A stretch of 64,000 nucleotides of DNA from Clostridia bacterium. Its GTDB lineage: Bacteria; Bacillota; Clostridia; Christensenellales; CAG-138. The stretch covers positions 319 through 64,318 of the forward strand of contig JAFZRT010000012.1 of NCBI GenBank assembly GCA_017619735.1, written 5' to 3'. Position numbers and translations under genes: made by a program. The notes beneath the pieces were generated by a model that made no database searches, was not told where the DNA came from, and saw only the letters and a program-made list of their open reading frames with translations. Below, one piece after another: positions 25,798 to 36,345 of the stretch (its first letter is position 1; every line of letters starts with the position of its first letter).

Positions 25798-27189
25798 ATG
25801 TTGGATAGATCGGCAGTCAACGCCGTTCTGAATGAAGCCCTAAAGACCGGCGGCGATTATTCCGAGCTCTTTATGCAGGATTCGGATTTCAACAATATCC
25901 GCATGGTCGACGGGAAGGTCGACAGCGCAAGTTATCAGCGCAGGGTCGGCGCGGGCGTCAGGGTGCTGAAGGGCACCAGATGCGCCTATGCATACACCGC
26001 GGACACGAGCGAGGCGGCGATCATGGAGACCGCGCGCGCCGCCGCTGCCGCGATAGAGGGAGTACCGGAGTATTCCGTCCGCTCATTTGAGGTGAGGAAG
26101 GGCGCTCCGGGCTATGAAAAGAAGTTCGCCGACGTGACCAACGACATGAGGATAGAGCTCCTCCGTTCCGGCACGGCTGCGGCAAGGGCCTATTCCGGCG
26201 AGATAACGCAGGTGGAGGCGAATTACCTCGACGCGGATCACCGCATAATGGTCGCGAACTCCAACGGCGTATGGGCGGAGGACAGGCGTCCCCGCACCCG
26301 TCTCATCATCGAGACGGTGGCTATGAACGGGACCGAGGCGCAGACGGGTTATTCCGCGCCCGGCCTCGGAAAGGGCTTTGAGGCATACCGCGAGCTCGAC
26401 CCCGCCGCGATAGGCAGGGAGGCCGCGCGCATAGCGGTCACAATGCTCCACGCTCCCGAATGCCCCGCCGACAGCGTTCCCGTAGTCATCGAATCGGGCT
26501 TCGGCGGCGTTATACTGCACGAGGCCTGCGTCCATTCGCTCGAGGCGACGAGCGTCGGCCGCGGCAATTCGGAGTTCTGCGGCAAGCTCGGACAGCAGAT
26601 AGCCAGCCCCATAGTCACCGCTGTCGACGACGGCACTCTCCCCGGCGCGTGGGGCTCGATCGCCTACGACGACGAGGGCACCCCCTCCCGGAGGAACGTG
26701 CTGATCGAGAACGGCATACTGAAGACGTACCTCGTGGATCTTCTCGGCTCCCGCAGGATGAACGGTCATCCGCTGACCGGCTCCTCCAGGCGTCAGGATT
26801 ACACCTTCGCCCCGACCTCCCGCATGACCAACACGTTCTTTGCGGAGGGCAAGGACGATCCCGAGGAGATGATAAGGAGCATGGGCGAAGGCCTTTACGC
26901 CGCCAACATGGGCGGCGGCTCCGTCAACCCCCTGACCGGCGAGTTCAACTTCGCCGTGCTTGAGGCGTATTGGGTACGCGACGGCAGGATACTCACCCCC
27001 GTCCGCGGCGCCACGCTCATTGGCAAGGGCTCCGAAGTGCTCATGAAGATCGACCGCATAGCCAATAGCGGGCTCGCTCTCGCTCCCGGCATGTGCGGCT
27101 CGGCTTCGGGCTCCGTGCCCGTCAACGTAGGCCAGCCCCGCATCCGCGTGTCCGAGATCACCGTGGGCGGCAAAGGAGGCAAATTATGA
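25798..27189 (+). CDS. tldD: TldD metalloprotease
   Basis: HEACVHSLE, DDEG, RMTNTF, GMCGS.SG.VPV.VGQP. Confidence 0.92.
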   Translation: MLDRSAVNAVLNEALKTGGDYSELFMQDSDFNNIRMVDGKVDSASYQRRVGAGVRVLKGTRCAYAYTADTSEAAIMETARAAAAAIEGVPEYSVRSFEVRKGAPGYEKKFADVTNDMRIELLRSGTAAARAYSGEITQVEANYLDADHRIMVANSNGVWAEDRRPRTRLIIETVAMNGTEAQTGYSAPGLGKGFEAYRELDPAAIGREAARIAVTMLHAPECPADSVPVVIESGFGGVILHEACVHSLEATSVGRGNSEFCGKLGQQIASPIVTAVDDGTLPGAWGSIAYDDEGTPSRRNVLIENGILKTYLVDLLGSRRMNGHPLTGSSRRQDYTFAPTSRMTNTFFAEGKDDPEEMIRSMGEGLYAANMGGGSVNPLTGEFNFAVLEAYWVRDGRILTPVRGATLIGKGSEVLMKIDRIANSGLALAPGMCGSASGSVPVNVGQPRIRVSEITVGGKGGKL

Positions 27190-28517
27190 TGACATTCGAC
27201 GAATTCAAGAAGAAAGCTTTCGATATCTCCGCCGAGCTCGGCTGTGAAGCTGCCGAGGTCTACTTCAACGACGGCGAGACCTTCTCCGTCAACGTGCTGG
27301 GCGGCGAGCTCGACGAATACTCCGTCGAGCACTCCTTCGGCCTCAACCTCCGCGTCATTTACGGCGGCAGGGCGGGCTACGCCTATACCGAGATGCTCGA
27401 CGATCCGAGAGCGCTCGTGCTGCGCGCCGTCGACAACGCGAAGGCCGTCGAGAACGACGACGTAATGCCCATGCAGGGCAAATGCGAATACAGGCAGATC
27501 GCGAAGCCCGAATGCCGCGCTTCCGGGCTTACCCCCACGGAGAAGATCGCCTATGCCGAAAAGCTCGAAAAGGACCTCATGGCCGCGGATCCGCGCGTGA
27601 TCCGCACCATGTACTGCGCGATACAGACGACAAAGTCCACCACCCGTCTGCACAACACGCTCGGCCTTGAGGCGGACAACACAGAGGAGTTATCGGCGTC
27701 CATACTCTGCCCCATCATGCAGCAGGACGGCGTCGTAAAGGATTCGTTCATAGTCAAGACCGGAAACGAGCTTTTCGATACCGACGCCATGATAAAGGAG
27801 GTCGTGCGCAAGGTCGCCGATCAGTTCGGCGCGTCCCCCGTGCCCTCCGGCGAATACAGTATCATCATGCAGAACGAGGCCATGGCGAACATGCTCGCGG
27901 CGTTCTCCCCCATGTTCTCCGCCGACAACGCGCAGAAGGGCATGAGCCTTCTCGCAGGCCGCGAGGGCGAGACCATAGCCGCCGACTGCGTGACGCTCAT
28001 GGACGATCCCTTCTATAAGGAATATCCCCGCGCGTTCGACGCGGAGGGCGTTCCCTCCGTCACCAAAGAGGTCATTTCGAAGGGCGTACTGACGACGCTG
28101 CTCCACAACCTGCAGACCGCGGCGAAGGCCGGCACGGCCTCCACATCCAACGCGGGCCGCGGCGCCTCCGGCCCCGTCACCGTCGCCCCCTCGAACTTCT
28201 ACATAGTGCCCGGCGAAACGGACTACGACAGCCTGCTCGGGCGCATGGGCAGCGGCGTCGTCATCACCGACGTCAGCGGCCTGCATGCGGGCCTCAACCC
28301 CGTGAGCGGCGACTTCTCGCTGATCGCGAAGGGCCAGCTCGTCGAGGGCGGCAGGGTCGTCCGCGCCGTCGATCAGATCACCGTCGCGGGCAACTTCCTC
28401 ACGATGATGAAGAACATCGCCGTCGTCGGCTCCGACCTGAAGTTCGGCATGCCCGGAATGAGCCGCTTCGGCTCCCCGTCGCTGCTCATCGAGAAGCTGA
28501 TGGTCTCCGGCGAATAA
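27186..28517 (+). CDS. pmbA: TldE/PmbA partner subunit
   Basis: FDAEG, SGDFS, ITVAGN; lacks HExxH; coupled to tldD. Confidence 0.88.
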   Translation: MMTFDEFKKKAFDISAELGCEAAEVYFNDGETFSVNVLGGELDEYSVEHSFGLNLRVIYGGRAGYAYTEMLDDPRALVLRAVDNAKAVENDDVMPMQGKCEYRQIAKPECRASGLTPTEKIAYAEKLEKDLMAADPRVIRTMYCAIQTTKSTTRLHNTLGLEADNTEELSASILCPIMQQDGVVKDSFIVKTGNELFDTDAMIKEVVRKVADQFGASPVPSGEYSIIMQNEAMANMLAAFSPMFSADNAQKGMSLLAGREGETIAADCVTLMDDPFYKEYPRAFDAEGVPSVTKEVISKGVLTTLLHNLQTAAKAGTASTSNAGRGASGPVTVAPSNFYIVPGETDYDSLLGRMGSGVVITDVSGLHAGLNPVSGDFSLIAKGQLVEGGRVVRAVDQITVAGNFLTMMKNIAVVGSDLKFGMPGMSRFGSPSLLIEKLMVSGE

Positions 28518-28528
28518 GGAACAATAAT

Positions 28529-28565
28529 AAAAGCCGCGGAAGCGCATGAGCTTCCGCGGCTTTTT
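28529..28565. terminator. Bidirectional terminator
   Basis: AAAAGCCGCGGAAGC/GCTTCCGCGGCTTTT. Confidence 0.85.
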
Positions 28566-28573
28566 CCATGCCG

Positions 28574-29302
28574 TTATTTCCTGTACCGCCTGCTGCGGGC
28601 CTCCCTGACGAGCTCCGCGCCGTTCGTCTCCAGATAATCGGTCGAGGCGAAGAGTATGGCGTTCTGCCCGTCGGACAGTATCACGCATTCCGTCGACGGA
28701 TGATCGCCGAACAGATACCCCGTGTAATAGTCCCGGGTTATCACGTCGTGATCTATGCGGATCGGAGCCCAGTCCGGCTCCGTGGCGGCGCTGCACACCT
28801 CCCCGCAGGCGGCGAGCTTCACCGCTGCGACGGAGCAGAACATTGCCCCGTTGATCCTTATGCACCTGTTGAGGAGATCCCGTTCCTCGAGCTCCTTCTT
28901 TATATCGCGCGCCGGCCCGCCGTCCTTCTCATCCTCCGCGACCATCGCAAGCAGGTATTGCCCGCCGTTTTCGAGTATGAACCAGCGTTTGGGATCCGCG
29001 TCGAGCACGCGGTACATGCGGCATCCGTCATACCTTTCGAAATCGATGTGATACGGCATCGGCTGTTCCTCCGACGCTCTGAATCTGCCGCAGTACTTCC
29101 CGACCGCGGCGATATTCACGTCCGCGCAAAGCATGATGGTCCGGCCGTCCCTCCTCAGCGTTATGGGGAGCACCGCCGTGCTCCAGTCGCCATCCGCCAG
29201 GTCGTATTGCCGCAGTCTCTCCCTTTCGGGTATACTGCGGCCGCAGCCGGCAAGCGCCGCGGCGAAAAGTATCGCCAGAATTATGCAGAGCGTCTTTTTC
29301 AT
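28574..29302 (-). CDS. Hypothetical lipoprotein
   Basis: MKK, hydrophobic stretch and LAGC lipobox; GGAGG RBS. Confidence 0.75.
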   Translation of the reverse strand: MKKTLCIILAILFAAALAGCGRSIPERERLRQYDLADGDWSTAVLPITLRRDGRTIMLCADVNIAAVGKYCGRFRASEEQPMPYHIDFERYDGCRMYRVLDADPKRWFILENGGQYLLAMVAEDEKDGGPARDIKKELEERDLLNRCIRINGAMFCSVAAVKLAACGEVCSAATEPDWAPIRIDHDVITRDYYTGYLFGDHPSTECVILSDGQNAILFASTDYLETNGAELVREARSRRYRK

Positions 29303-29385
29303 ATCCGTGCCTCCGTTCGGGGCGGGCCCCCTCGTCTATAAAGACGACAAACGGTATGAAAGTGTAACTCTTTCCGCGGCAAATA

Positions 29386-31218
29386 TCAGCGGCCGAATAT
29401 CGCGAACGCTCCGTTCACCGCGAGGCAGGCCGCGGCCCCTATCGCCGACGGGAGCAGGAACGCCGCGAGCGTCCACGCGGGGCTCTTTGTCTCCCTTCTC
29501 ACAGTTAAGAGAGTGGTCAAGCAGGGCGAGTGGAACAGCATCAGAAGCGTCATGCAGAGCGCCGTCTTAACCGTCCAGCCGTGCAGCACGAGCGTCTCAT
29601 GCATAAGCTCCCCGCCCGCGGCGAAGGTCCCCGCGCCTCTATAGATCATGAGCAGCAGAGGCATAACGAGCTCGTTCGCGGGGAGGCCGAGTATGAACGC
29701 GGCGAGCGCCGCCCCATCAAGGCCCATCGCCCTGCCCGCGGGGTCGAGGAACGCGGCGCAGGCCGATATCGGCGGCTCGCTGCCGCAGTTCGCGAGGAGC
29801 CATATGATCACCCCCGCGGGGAACGCCGCCACGGCCGCCCGTCCAAGCACGAAGAGGGTCCTGTCGAGGAGCGATCTCACTATTATCTGCCCCACGCGCG
29901 GCGTCCTGAACGGCGGCAGCTCCAGCACGAAGGACGACGGCTTGCCCTTAAGCAGCGTCACGGAGAGCAGCTTTGACGCGAGGAAAGTCGCCCCGAGCGA
30001 AAGGAGTATCGCGGCCGTTAGTATCAGCGCGCCTGCCGCGCCGCCGAGCGCGCCGAGCCCCGCCGTGAAGAACATGGCTATAAGCGCGGTGAGCGTCGGG
30101 AAGCGGCCGTTGCACGGCGTGAGCGAGTTCGTGAGTATCGCGATGAGCCGTTCGCGCGGGCTCTCGATAATGCGGCAGCCGACCACGCCCGCCGCGTTGC
30201 AGCCGAAGCCCATGCACGCGGTGAGCGCCTGCTTGCCGCAGCCGCCGCAGCGGCTGAAGCTCCTGTCCAGATCGAAAGCTATCCGCGGCAGCAGGCCCAG
30301 ATCCTCCAGCAGCGTGAACAGCGGGAAGAATATCGCCATGGGCGGCAGCATCACCGAGATAACCGTCACGAGCGTCGCGAGGCCGCCGTCGCACAAGGCC
30401 CCTGCCGCAGCACCCTTAAGCGGCGTTTTTTCGAGCAGCCGTCTGACGAGGCCGGGCACGGGCGAGAGCAGCTTTGACAGGAGGCGCGAGGGGTAATTCG
30501 CCCCCTCCATGGTCAGGAAGAACACCAGCGCCAGCAGCGCGAGCATTATGAGCGTCCCCGTGAATCTGCCGGTCAGCACCCTGTCGAGCTTCAGCCGGCG
30601 CGCGCTCCTCGCGTCGCCGTCGCGCTGAACGGCCGCTGCGGCAATGCGCTCCGCCTCGTCCCATAGCGGGGCGGCCTCCGCTTCCCCCTTCGCCGTCTCC
30701 TCACGCAGGGCGGCCCGGCGTATGGCCCTCACGAGCTCGGCAAGGCCCTGTTTGCGCGCGGCGTTGGTCGCGACGACATCGACGCCCAAAATCGAGGCGA
30801 GCTTTTTAGTGTCGACGGCGATTCCGCGCTTCGCCGCCTCGTCCACGAGATTGACGCAGACGACCGTGCGTGCCGTCACATGGAGCGTCTGCAGCACGAG
30901 GTTCAGGTTCCTTTCGAGGCAGGAGGCGTCGCACACGACCACCGCGCAGTCCGCCGCGCCGCTCATGAGGAATCCGCGGGTCACCTCCTCCTCCGGCGAG
31001 GTCGGCGCGAGCGAATAGCACCCCGGCAGATCCACGAGCGTCATCCGCCCGTGCGCGGCGCGGACGCGCCCCTCCGCCCCGTCGACTGTCTTGCCCGTCC
31101 AGTTGCCGGTGTGGCGGCGAAGCCCCGTCAGCGCGTTGAAGAGCGTGCTCTTGCCCACGTTGGGATTCCCTATGAGGGCGACGCGCAGGCCACCCCTTTC
31201 CCGCCCGGTCATTCCCAT
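29386..31218 (-). CDS. feoB: Ferrous iron transporter FeoB (short form)
   Basis: GNPNVGKS, GNWTGKTV, DLPG, GFGCNA, PCNGRFP, FVLELPP. Confidence 0.92.
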   Translation of the reverse strand: MGMTGRERGGLRVALIGNPNVGKSTLFNALTGLRRHTGNWTGKTVDGAEGRVRAAHGRMTLVDLPGCYSLAPTSPEEEVTRGFLMSGAADCAVVVCDASCLERNLNLVLQTLHVTARTVVCVNLVDEAAKRGIAVDTKKLASILGVDVVATNAARKQGLAELVRAIRRAALREETAKGEAEAAPLWDEAERIAAAAVQRDGDARSARRLKLDRVLTGRFTGTLIMLALLALVFFLTMEGANYPSRLLSKLLSPVPGLVRRLLEKTPLKGAAAGALCDGGLATLVTVISVMLPPMAIFFPLFTLLEDLGLLPRIAFDLDRSFSRCGGCGKQALTACMGFGCNAAGVVGCRIIESPRERLIAILTNSLTPCNGRFPTLTALIAMFFTAGLGALGGAAGALILTAAILLSLGATFLASKLLSVTLLKGKPSSFVLELPPFRTPRVGQIIVRSLLDRTLFVLGRAAVAAFPAGVIIWLLANCGSEPPISACAAFLDPAGRAMGLDGAALAAFILGLPANELVMPLLLMIYRGAGTFAAGGELMHETLVLHGWTVKTALCMTLLMLFHSPCLTTLLTVRRETKSPAWTLAAFLLPSAIGAAACLAVNGAFAIFGR

Positions 31219-31451
31219 GCCCCGCTCCGGGTCACGAGCACTTTTTCGGCGTCGCTCCTGCGGAGCGCCACCGCAGTCCCCCTCACCGAATACGCCGCGG
31301 GATCCCCGCCCGGCGCGGCGAAGAGCCACACGAGCTCCGCTCCGCGCGTCATTCCGAGGCTCTCGAGCCTATCCCTTATTCCGCAGTCAAGTATCCGCTC
31401 CACCCTGCACACTCCGTAGGGCGGGAGCTCCGCAAGCGTTGTCACCGCCAT
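31209..31451 (-). CDS. feoA: FeoA
   Basis: RLESLGM, APGGDPAAYSVRGTAVALRRSDA. Confidence 0.88.
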   Translation of the reverse strand: MAVTTLAELPPYGVCRVERILDCGIRDRLESLGMTRGAELVWLFAAPGGDPAAYSVRGTAVALRRSDAEKVLVTRSGAWE

Positions 31452-31573
31452 TTCCGCCTCCCGGTAAGTCCGAATCCGTTCAGTCAATACTATGCCGCGG
31501 GGCGGAAGTCCGTGAAAAGCGCCGCCGGCTTTTTTATTTGTTGACAGCGCCATATCTTTGAGATACAATCAGT

Positions 31574-32710
31574 ATGGAGTTATATGCCCCAGAGGTTTTT
31601 GGCAGTTTGAAAACATCGGTTAAGATCTTAATATGCTTGGGAACGGCGCTTTTGTGCGCGGTCGTTTCGGTATTCTCGCGCCTGCTGCTCCTGCCGTTCA
31701 TAGCGCTGACCGCATACATGGCGTCGCAGTGGGGGATCCTCTTTCTCCTCCCGCCCGCGGCTGGCCTGGCGATAGGCATAACCGCGGCGTTCGGGCTCGA
31801 CTCATCGTCGATACCGATGCTCGCTTTCCTCGTGCTCTCGGCCGCGTTCCTCACGGCGTACGGGAAGAAGCGCTTCCCACACCGGTACTGCGCGCTCGGG
31901 CTCGCGGTCATTATAACGCTCGGCATATACCTCTCCCTCGCTCTGGGCTCGATACTCGCGGGCGACCCGCCCCATACCGAAGCGGCGAGGATTTGGTCGG
32001 AGGTATGGGAAGCGGCCGTGCCCTCCTCGCTTTCGGAGTCTGCCGCGGAGGAGTTCCGCGACATTGGCGCGCGGACGGCCCTGCTTCTGCCCGACGTGCT
32101 GATGTGGATATCGGTGATGCTCGGGGAGGCGCTCTCGATAGCGCTCATATTCCTCTTCCGGCTCTGTCACAGGATATTCCGGACCGAACCGCAGAAGATG
32201 GCCCGGTTCGCCGACTGGCGGCTGCCGAAGAGCGCGATCCCCGGCGGGATAATACTGCTCCTCGGCATCGGGCTCGCCTACATACTGAAGCTCGACGGAG
32301 CGAACGCCGTCGCCTATGCGTTGGGCTTCATAGTCGCCTCGCTCTTCTCCGTGCAGGGGCTCGCGTATCTGTTCTTCGCACTGGAGACCTCCAAGGCGCC
32401 CGGCTCCGTAAAGACGGTGCTCTGCGTTTTCTGCGGGCTGACGTTCCCCTACTGCATGGCGTTCCTGTCGTTCATCGGCGTCAGGGAGCAGATACAGAAG
32501 CGCCGCAGGGCGATAACCGACTATCTTAAAAGCATCAGTAAGGTCACCGAGTTTGAAAAGCGCTCGAACGAGCTTGCAAAATACGGCTACATCCGCGAGG
32601 ATCTGCCCAAACACGAAAAAAAGGACGCCGCTCCCCGTGAAAGCGGGGACGGAGACGATAACGGCCCGCGCGGCGAAAGCTCCGCGGCGGACAATAAGGA
32701 GGATCGTTAA
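31574..32710 (+). CDS. YybS/DUF2232 membrane protein (start uncertain)
   Basis: Multi-TM, F..WRLPK and QGLA motifs; directly upstream of rplI. Confidence 0.75.
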   Translation: MELYAPEVFGSLKTSVKILICLGTALLCAVVSVFSRLLLLPFIALTAYMASQWGILFLLPPAAGLAIGITAAFGLDSSSIPMLAFLVLSAAFLTAYGKKRFPHRYCALGLAVIITLGIYLSLALGSILAGDPPHTEAARIWSEVWEAAVPSSLSESAAEEFRDIGARTALLLPDVLMWISVMLGEALSIALIFLFRLCHRIFRTEPQKMARFADWRLPKSAIPGGIILLLGIGLAYILKLDGANAVAYALGFIVASLFSVQGLAYLFFALETSKAPGSVKTVLCVFCGLTFPYCMAFLSFIGVREQIQKRRRAITDYLKSISKVTEFEKRSNELAKYGYIREDLPKHEKKDAAPRESGDGDDNGPRGESSAADNKEDR

Positions 32711-33172
32711 ATGAAGGTTTTACTGCAGCAGGACGTAAAGGGCACTGGCAAGGCGGGCGACATAGTCAACGTTTCGGACGGCTATGCCCGCAATTTCCTG
32801 ATACCCAAAAAGCTCGCCGTTCCCGCGGACGCGGGCAACATCAACGCGGCCAACATCAAGAAGTCGGCGCAGAAGCACCGTATAGAGATGCAGCGCAGGA
32901 ACGCGCGTGAGCTCGCCTCCGGCATGAGCGACCTCACCGTCCGCGTCTATGCCAAGGCCGGCGAGAACGGCCGCCTCTTCGGCTCCGTCACAGGCAAGGA
33001 GATCGCCGACGCTTTGAAGGAGCAGTACGACATCACCGTCGACAAAAAGAAGATCCGCATACCCGAGCCCATCAAGAGCACCGGCATCAGCACCGTCAGC
33101 GCGCATATGTTCGAGCAGACCGACGCCAGCTTCAAGGTGGAGGTAATCGCAATAGAGGATAACCGGGAATAA
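32711..33172 (+). CDS. rplI: 50S ribosomal protein L9
   Basis: MKVLLQQDVKG.GK, GYARNFL, GRLFGSVT. Confidence 0.97.
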   Translation: MKVLLQQDVKGTGKAGDIVNVSDGYARNFLIPKKLAVPADAGNINAANIKKSAQKHRIEMQRRNARELASGMSDLTVRVYAKAGENGRLFGSVTGKEIADALKEQYDITVDKKKIRIPEPIKSTGISTVSAHMFEQTDASFKVEVIAIEDNRE

Positions 33173-33178
33173 ACGGCC

Positions 33179-34522
33179 ATGAGCGAAGAATTATTTGATC
33201 TTCCATACAGCGAAGAAGCCGAAAAAGCGGTGCTCGGCAGCGTGCTCCTTTCCCCGCAGGCCGCGGAGAAGGCGCTGGACAAGCTCAAGCCCGAGGATTT
33301 CTTCAGTCTGCGCAACCGCGACGTTTTCGCCGCTATGAAGTACCTGTGGGACAGGGGCGGCAGCATCGACGTAGTTACCGTTATGGACGCGCTCGAAAGG
33401 CTCGGCAAGCTCGAGTCCTCCGGCGGGCTGGAATACATCACGGAGCTTTCCGTCTTCACGCCGACCGCCCTCAATGTAGAGCACTACATCTCCATCGTAG
33501 AGGAGGAGAGCACGCGCCGCCGCCTCATCAAGGTCTGCACCGAGGTCGCGCAGGAAGCGAGGACCGGGACCCGCGAGACCGCGAAGCTGCTCGACGACGC
33601 GGAGCGCCGCATATTCGAGATCGCCGTCCGCGCCTCCGACGAGACGATAGAGCCCATCGCCCCCATCTATGCGAGGGTCTACCGCCGCATAGGCGAGCTG
33701 ATGCGCATGGACGGGCAGAGCACGGGCCTGCCCACGGGCTTCATCGACCTCGACATACTGACCTCCGGCCTGCAGAAGAGCGACCTCATAATCATCGCAG
33801 GCCGCCCCGCGAGCGGCAAATCCACGCTCGCGCTGAACATCGCGACCCACGCCGCTCTGAGGGAGGGCGCGACCGTCGCGTTCTTCAACCTCGAAATGAG
33901 CAAGGATCAGCTCGTATCCCGCGTAATGGCGACGGAGACGGGCGTCCCGCTTTACAATATCCGCACCGGTCACGTCGCCTCCGAGGAGCTGCTTGAGATC
34001 GCGAAGGGCTTCAACCGCATAGGCGACGCGGCGCTGCTGCTCGACGACACGCCCGGCATCTCCGTTGCGGAGCTGCGCTCCAGGTGCCGCCGCATAAAGG
34101 CGCGTCAGGGCCTCGACCTCGTCATAGTCGACTATCTGCAGCTGATGCAGGCGACGGGCCGCGCCGAATCCCGCGTGCAGGCCGTTTCCGAAATGACGAG
34201 GAACCTCAAGATACTTGCGAGGGAGCTCGACGTGCCGCTCATAGTGCTGTCCCAGCTCTCCCGCGAGCCGGACAAGCGCTCCGACCATACCCCGCTCATG
34301 AGCGACCTGCGAGAGAGCGGCTCCATCGAGCAGGACGCCGATATAATTATGATGCTCTACCGTCCCGCGGCGTACGTCGACACGCAGGAGTACGCCGACA
34401 ACAACAACATCGCGTACCTGCACGTGGTCAAGCACAGGAATGGCGAGACCCGAAAGATCGACCTGACCTGGATACCGGAGCTCACGAAGTTCGCAAGCTG
34501 CAGCCACATGGACGAACAGTAA
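33179..34522 (+). CDS. dnaB: Replicative DNA helicase
   Basis: GRPASGKS, DYLQLM, LSQLSR, DLRESGSIEQDAD, KHRNG. Confidence 0.96.
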   Translation: MSEELFDLPYSEEAEKAVLGSVLLSPQAAEKALDKLKPEDFFSLRNRDVFAAMKYLWDRGGSIDVVTVMDALERLGKLESSGGLEYITELSVFTPTALNVEHYISIVEEESTRRRLIKVCTEVAQEARTGTRETAKLLDDAERRIFEIAVRASDETIEPIAPIYARVYRRIGELMRMDGQSTGLPTGFIDLDILTSGLQKSDLIIIAGRPASGKSTLALNIATHAALREGATVAFFNLEMSKDQLVSRVMATETGVPLYNIRTGHVASEELLEIAKGFNRIGDAALLLDDTPGISVAELRSRCRRIKARQGLDLVIVDYLQLMQATGRAESRVQAVSEMTRNLKILARELDVPLIVLSQLSREPDKRSDHTPLMSDLRESGSIEQDADIIMMLYRPAAYVDTQEYADNNNIAYLHVVKHRNGETRKIDLTWIPELTKFASCSHMDEQ

Positions 34523-34618
34523 CGGCCGATCATGGCCGGCAGAGGGAGACGTTTCGCAATGAAATGTCTCCTTTCCCGACACAGCGGTTCAGCGGTAATT
34601 TTATGAGGAGGGATCGTT

Positions 34619-35269
34619 TTGAAAACATACGTCAATCGGTTTCACGGCGATCACCTGTATCTGGAAATAGATGAAAACGAAACGGCCTCGCTCCGGAGCT
34701 CCGATTTTGACGGCCTGATCGAAAAGCACCGCAGACCGCTGCAGGTCATGGTCTCGTCGGACAACGTGCGGCTGATCGGGCTGCTTGTGCGTTCCGGCTT
34801 CGTTTTGAAACGGAAATGCTATGAGATGGACGTCTGCCGCGCCGATCTCGCAGCCCCCGCTGCCGATGCGTCCGAGGCCGTTTTCGAAGCGGTAAGAGGA
34901 ACGCCCGACTACGCGGTCTGCGCGGAAAAAATGTATCGCTATTACGCCGACACACATGCGGCTGTAAGCCCTCTTACGGCGTCTCGCGTGCAGTTTGAAG
35001 GATCGTTGCCCGATACCGTATTGTATTCGAAGAAAAACGGTCGGATCGTTTCCGCCGCTTTCATTGAATGCAGCGAGATAGCGTATGTCTTTTCTTGCGG
35101 GACGGAAAGCTTCGCTGATTTTGCCGGCCCTCTGCTTGCGGCCATGTTCGCGAGATATGACCGCATCGTTTTCGAAGCGGACGACACGGACCCGGCCGCG
35201 GCCGAATTGATGGGAGCGTTCTCCGTGCGGCCCGAAACGAGCTTTGACACATACGTCAAATATCCGTAA
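34619..35269 (+). CDS. Hypothetical protein, GNAT-like
   Basis: GAGGAGG RBS with TTG start; GF.LKRKCYE and FEADDTD..A motifs. Confidence 0.6.
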   Translation: MKTYVNRFHGDHLYLEIDENETASLRSSDFDGLIEKHRRPLQVMVSSDNVRLIGLLVRSGFVLKRKCYEMDVCRADLAAPAADASEAVFEAVRGTPDYAVCAEKMYRYYADTHAAVSPLTASRVQFEGSLPDTVLYSKKNGRIVSAAFIECSEIAYVFSCGTESFADFAGPLLAAMFARYDRIVFEADDTDPAAAELMGAFSVRPETSFDTYVKYP

Positions 35270-35356
35270 AAGCGGCGGCCGGCCCGAACGGCGTCGCATC
35301 ATACGCCGTTTTTTCAAAAAAAGGATTGTGCTTTGCCGCGGAGCGTGCTATAATAT

Positions 35357-35492
35357 GCCTGCTTCGGGGCAGGGTGAGATTCCCTACCGGCGGTAAAAGT
35401 CCGCGAACCCGCTTCACTGCGGGCCGACCCGGTGTGATCCCGGGACCGACAGTGTGTGCCGTACTATCGGCATAAGTCTGGATGGAAGAAGG
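35357..35492 (+). ncRNA. FMN riboswitch (RFN element)
   Basis: CTTCGGGGCAGGGTGAGATTCCCTACCGGCGGT..CCGCGA..CCGACAGT..AGTCTGGATGGAAGAAG; terminator-like hairpin at 35512-35537. Confidence 0.93.
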
Positions 35493-35553
35493 CAATATTT
35501 CGTTCATCTGCCCGGAGACTGCGTCTTCGGACTTTTTATTTCAAGGAGGACAG

Positions 35554-36306
35554 ATGGAGACCCTTAAAAAGACCCTCGCCGCGGCGAAGGAGAATCTCGG
35601 CTTTCTGCTCGTGTGTCTGCTCGTTTTCGCGGGCGTTTTCGCAGTCGCGATGCTCTTCGAGCGGCTGCTCGTCAAGGAGCGCAAAAAGCTCTCCGACACG
35701 CACTACATCACCTACACCGCGCTCTTCTCCTGCATGGCCGCTGTGCTGATGCTGCTGGAGTTCCCGCTCTTCTTCGCGCCTGGCTTTTACAAGCTCGACA
35801 TAAGCGAGCTGCCCGTTATGATCTGCACGTTCTATCTGGGGCCGGTCTCCGGCGTCATCTGCGAGTTTTTGAAGATAGTCCTCAAGCTCATCATGAAGGG
35901 CACCTCGACGGCGTTCGTGGGCGATTTCGCGAACTTCGCGGTCGGCTGCACGTTCGTGCTCCCCGCGAGCGTGATCTACCACGCGAAGCCCAGCAGGAAG
36001 ACCGCGCTCATAGGCCTTGCCGCGGGCACGCTCATAATGACCGTGTTCGGCAGCGCGTTCAACGCCCTCTACCTCATTCCCAAGTTCGCGAAGCTCTTCC
36101 ACATGGAGCTTGACGCGATAGTCGCCATGGGCACGGAGGTCAACCGCAGGATCACGAGTCTCCCCACGCTCGTGCTCTGGGCGGTGGTCCCGTTCAACCT
36201 GATAAAGGGCGTCGCGGTCTCCGCGCTCACTTTCCTGCTCTACAAGCGGATATCGCCGCTGATGCACCTCGGCGATTCCAGAAGGCAGGCGCGGCGCGCA
36301 AGGTAA
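35554..36306 (+). CDS. ribU: ECF transporter S component, riboflavin (RibU-like)
   Basis: FYKLDISELP, PFNLIKG; downstream of the FMN riboswitch. Confidence 0.85.
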   Translation: METLKKTLAAAKENLGFLLVCLLVFAGVFAVAMLFERLLVKERKKLSDTHYITYTALFSCMAAVLMLLEFPLFFAPGFYKLDISELPVMICTFYLGPVSGVICEFLKIVLKLIMKGTSTAFVGDFANFAVGCTFVLPASVIYHAKPSRKTALIGLAAGTLIMTVFGSAFNALYLIPKFAKLFHMELDAIVAMGTEVNRRITSLPTLVLWAVVPFNLIKGVAVSALTFLLYKRISPLMHLGDSRRQARRAR

Positions 36307-36345
36307 GCATGAAAAAGCCCGGGAGTTCCGCTCCCGGGCTGTTTT

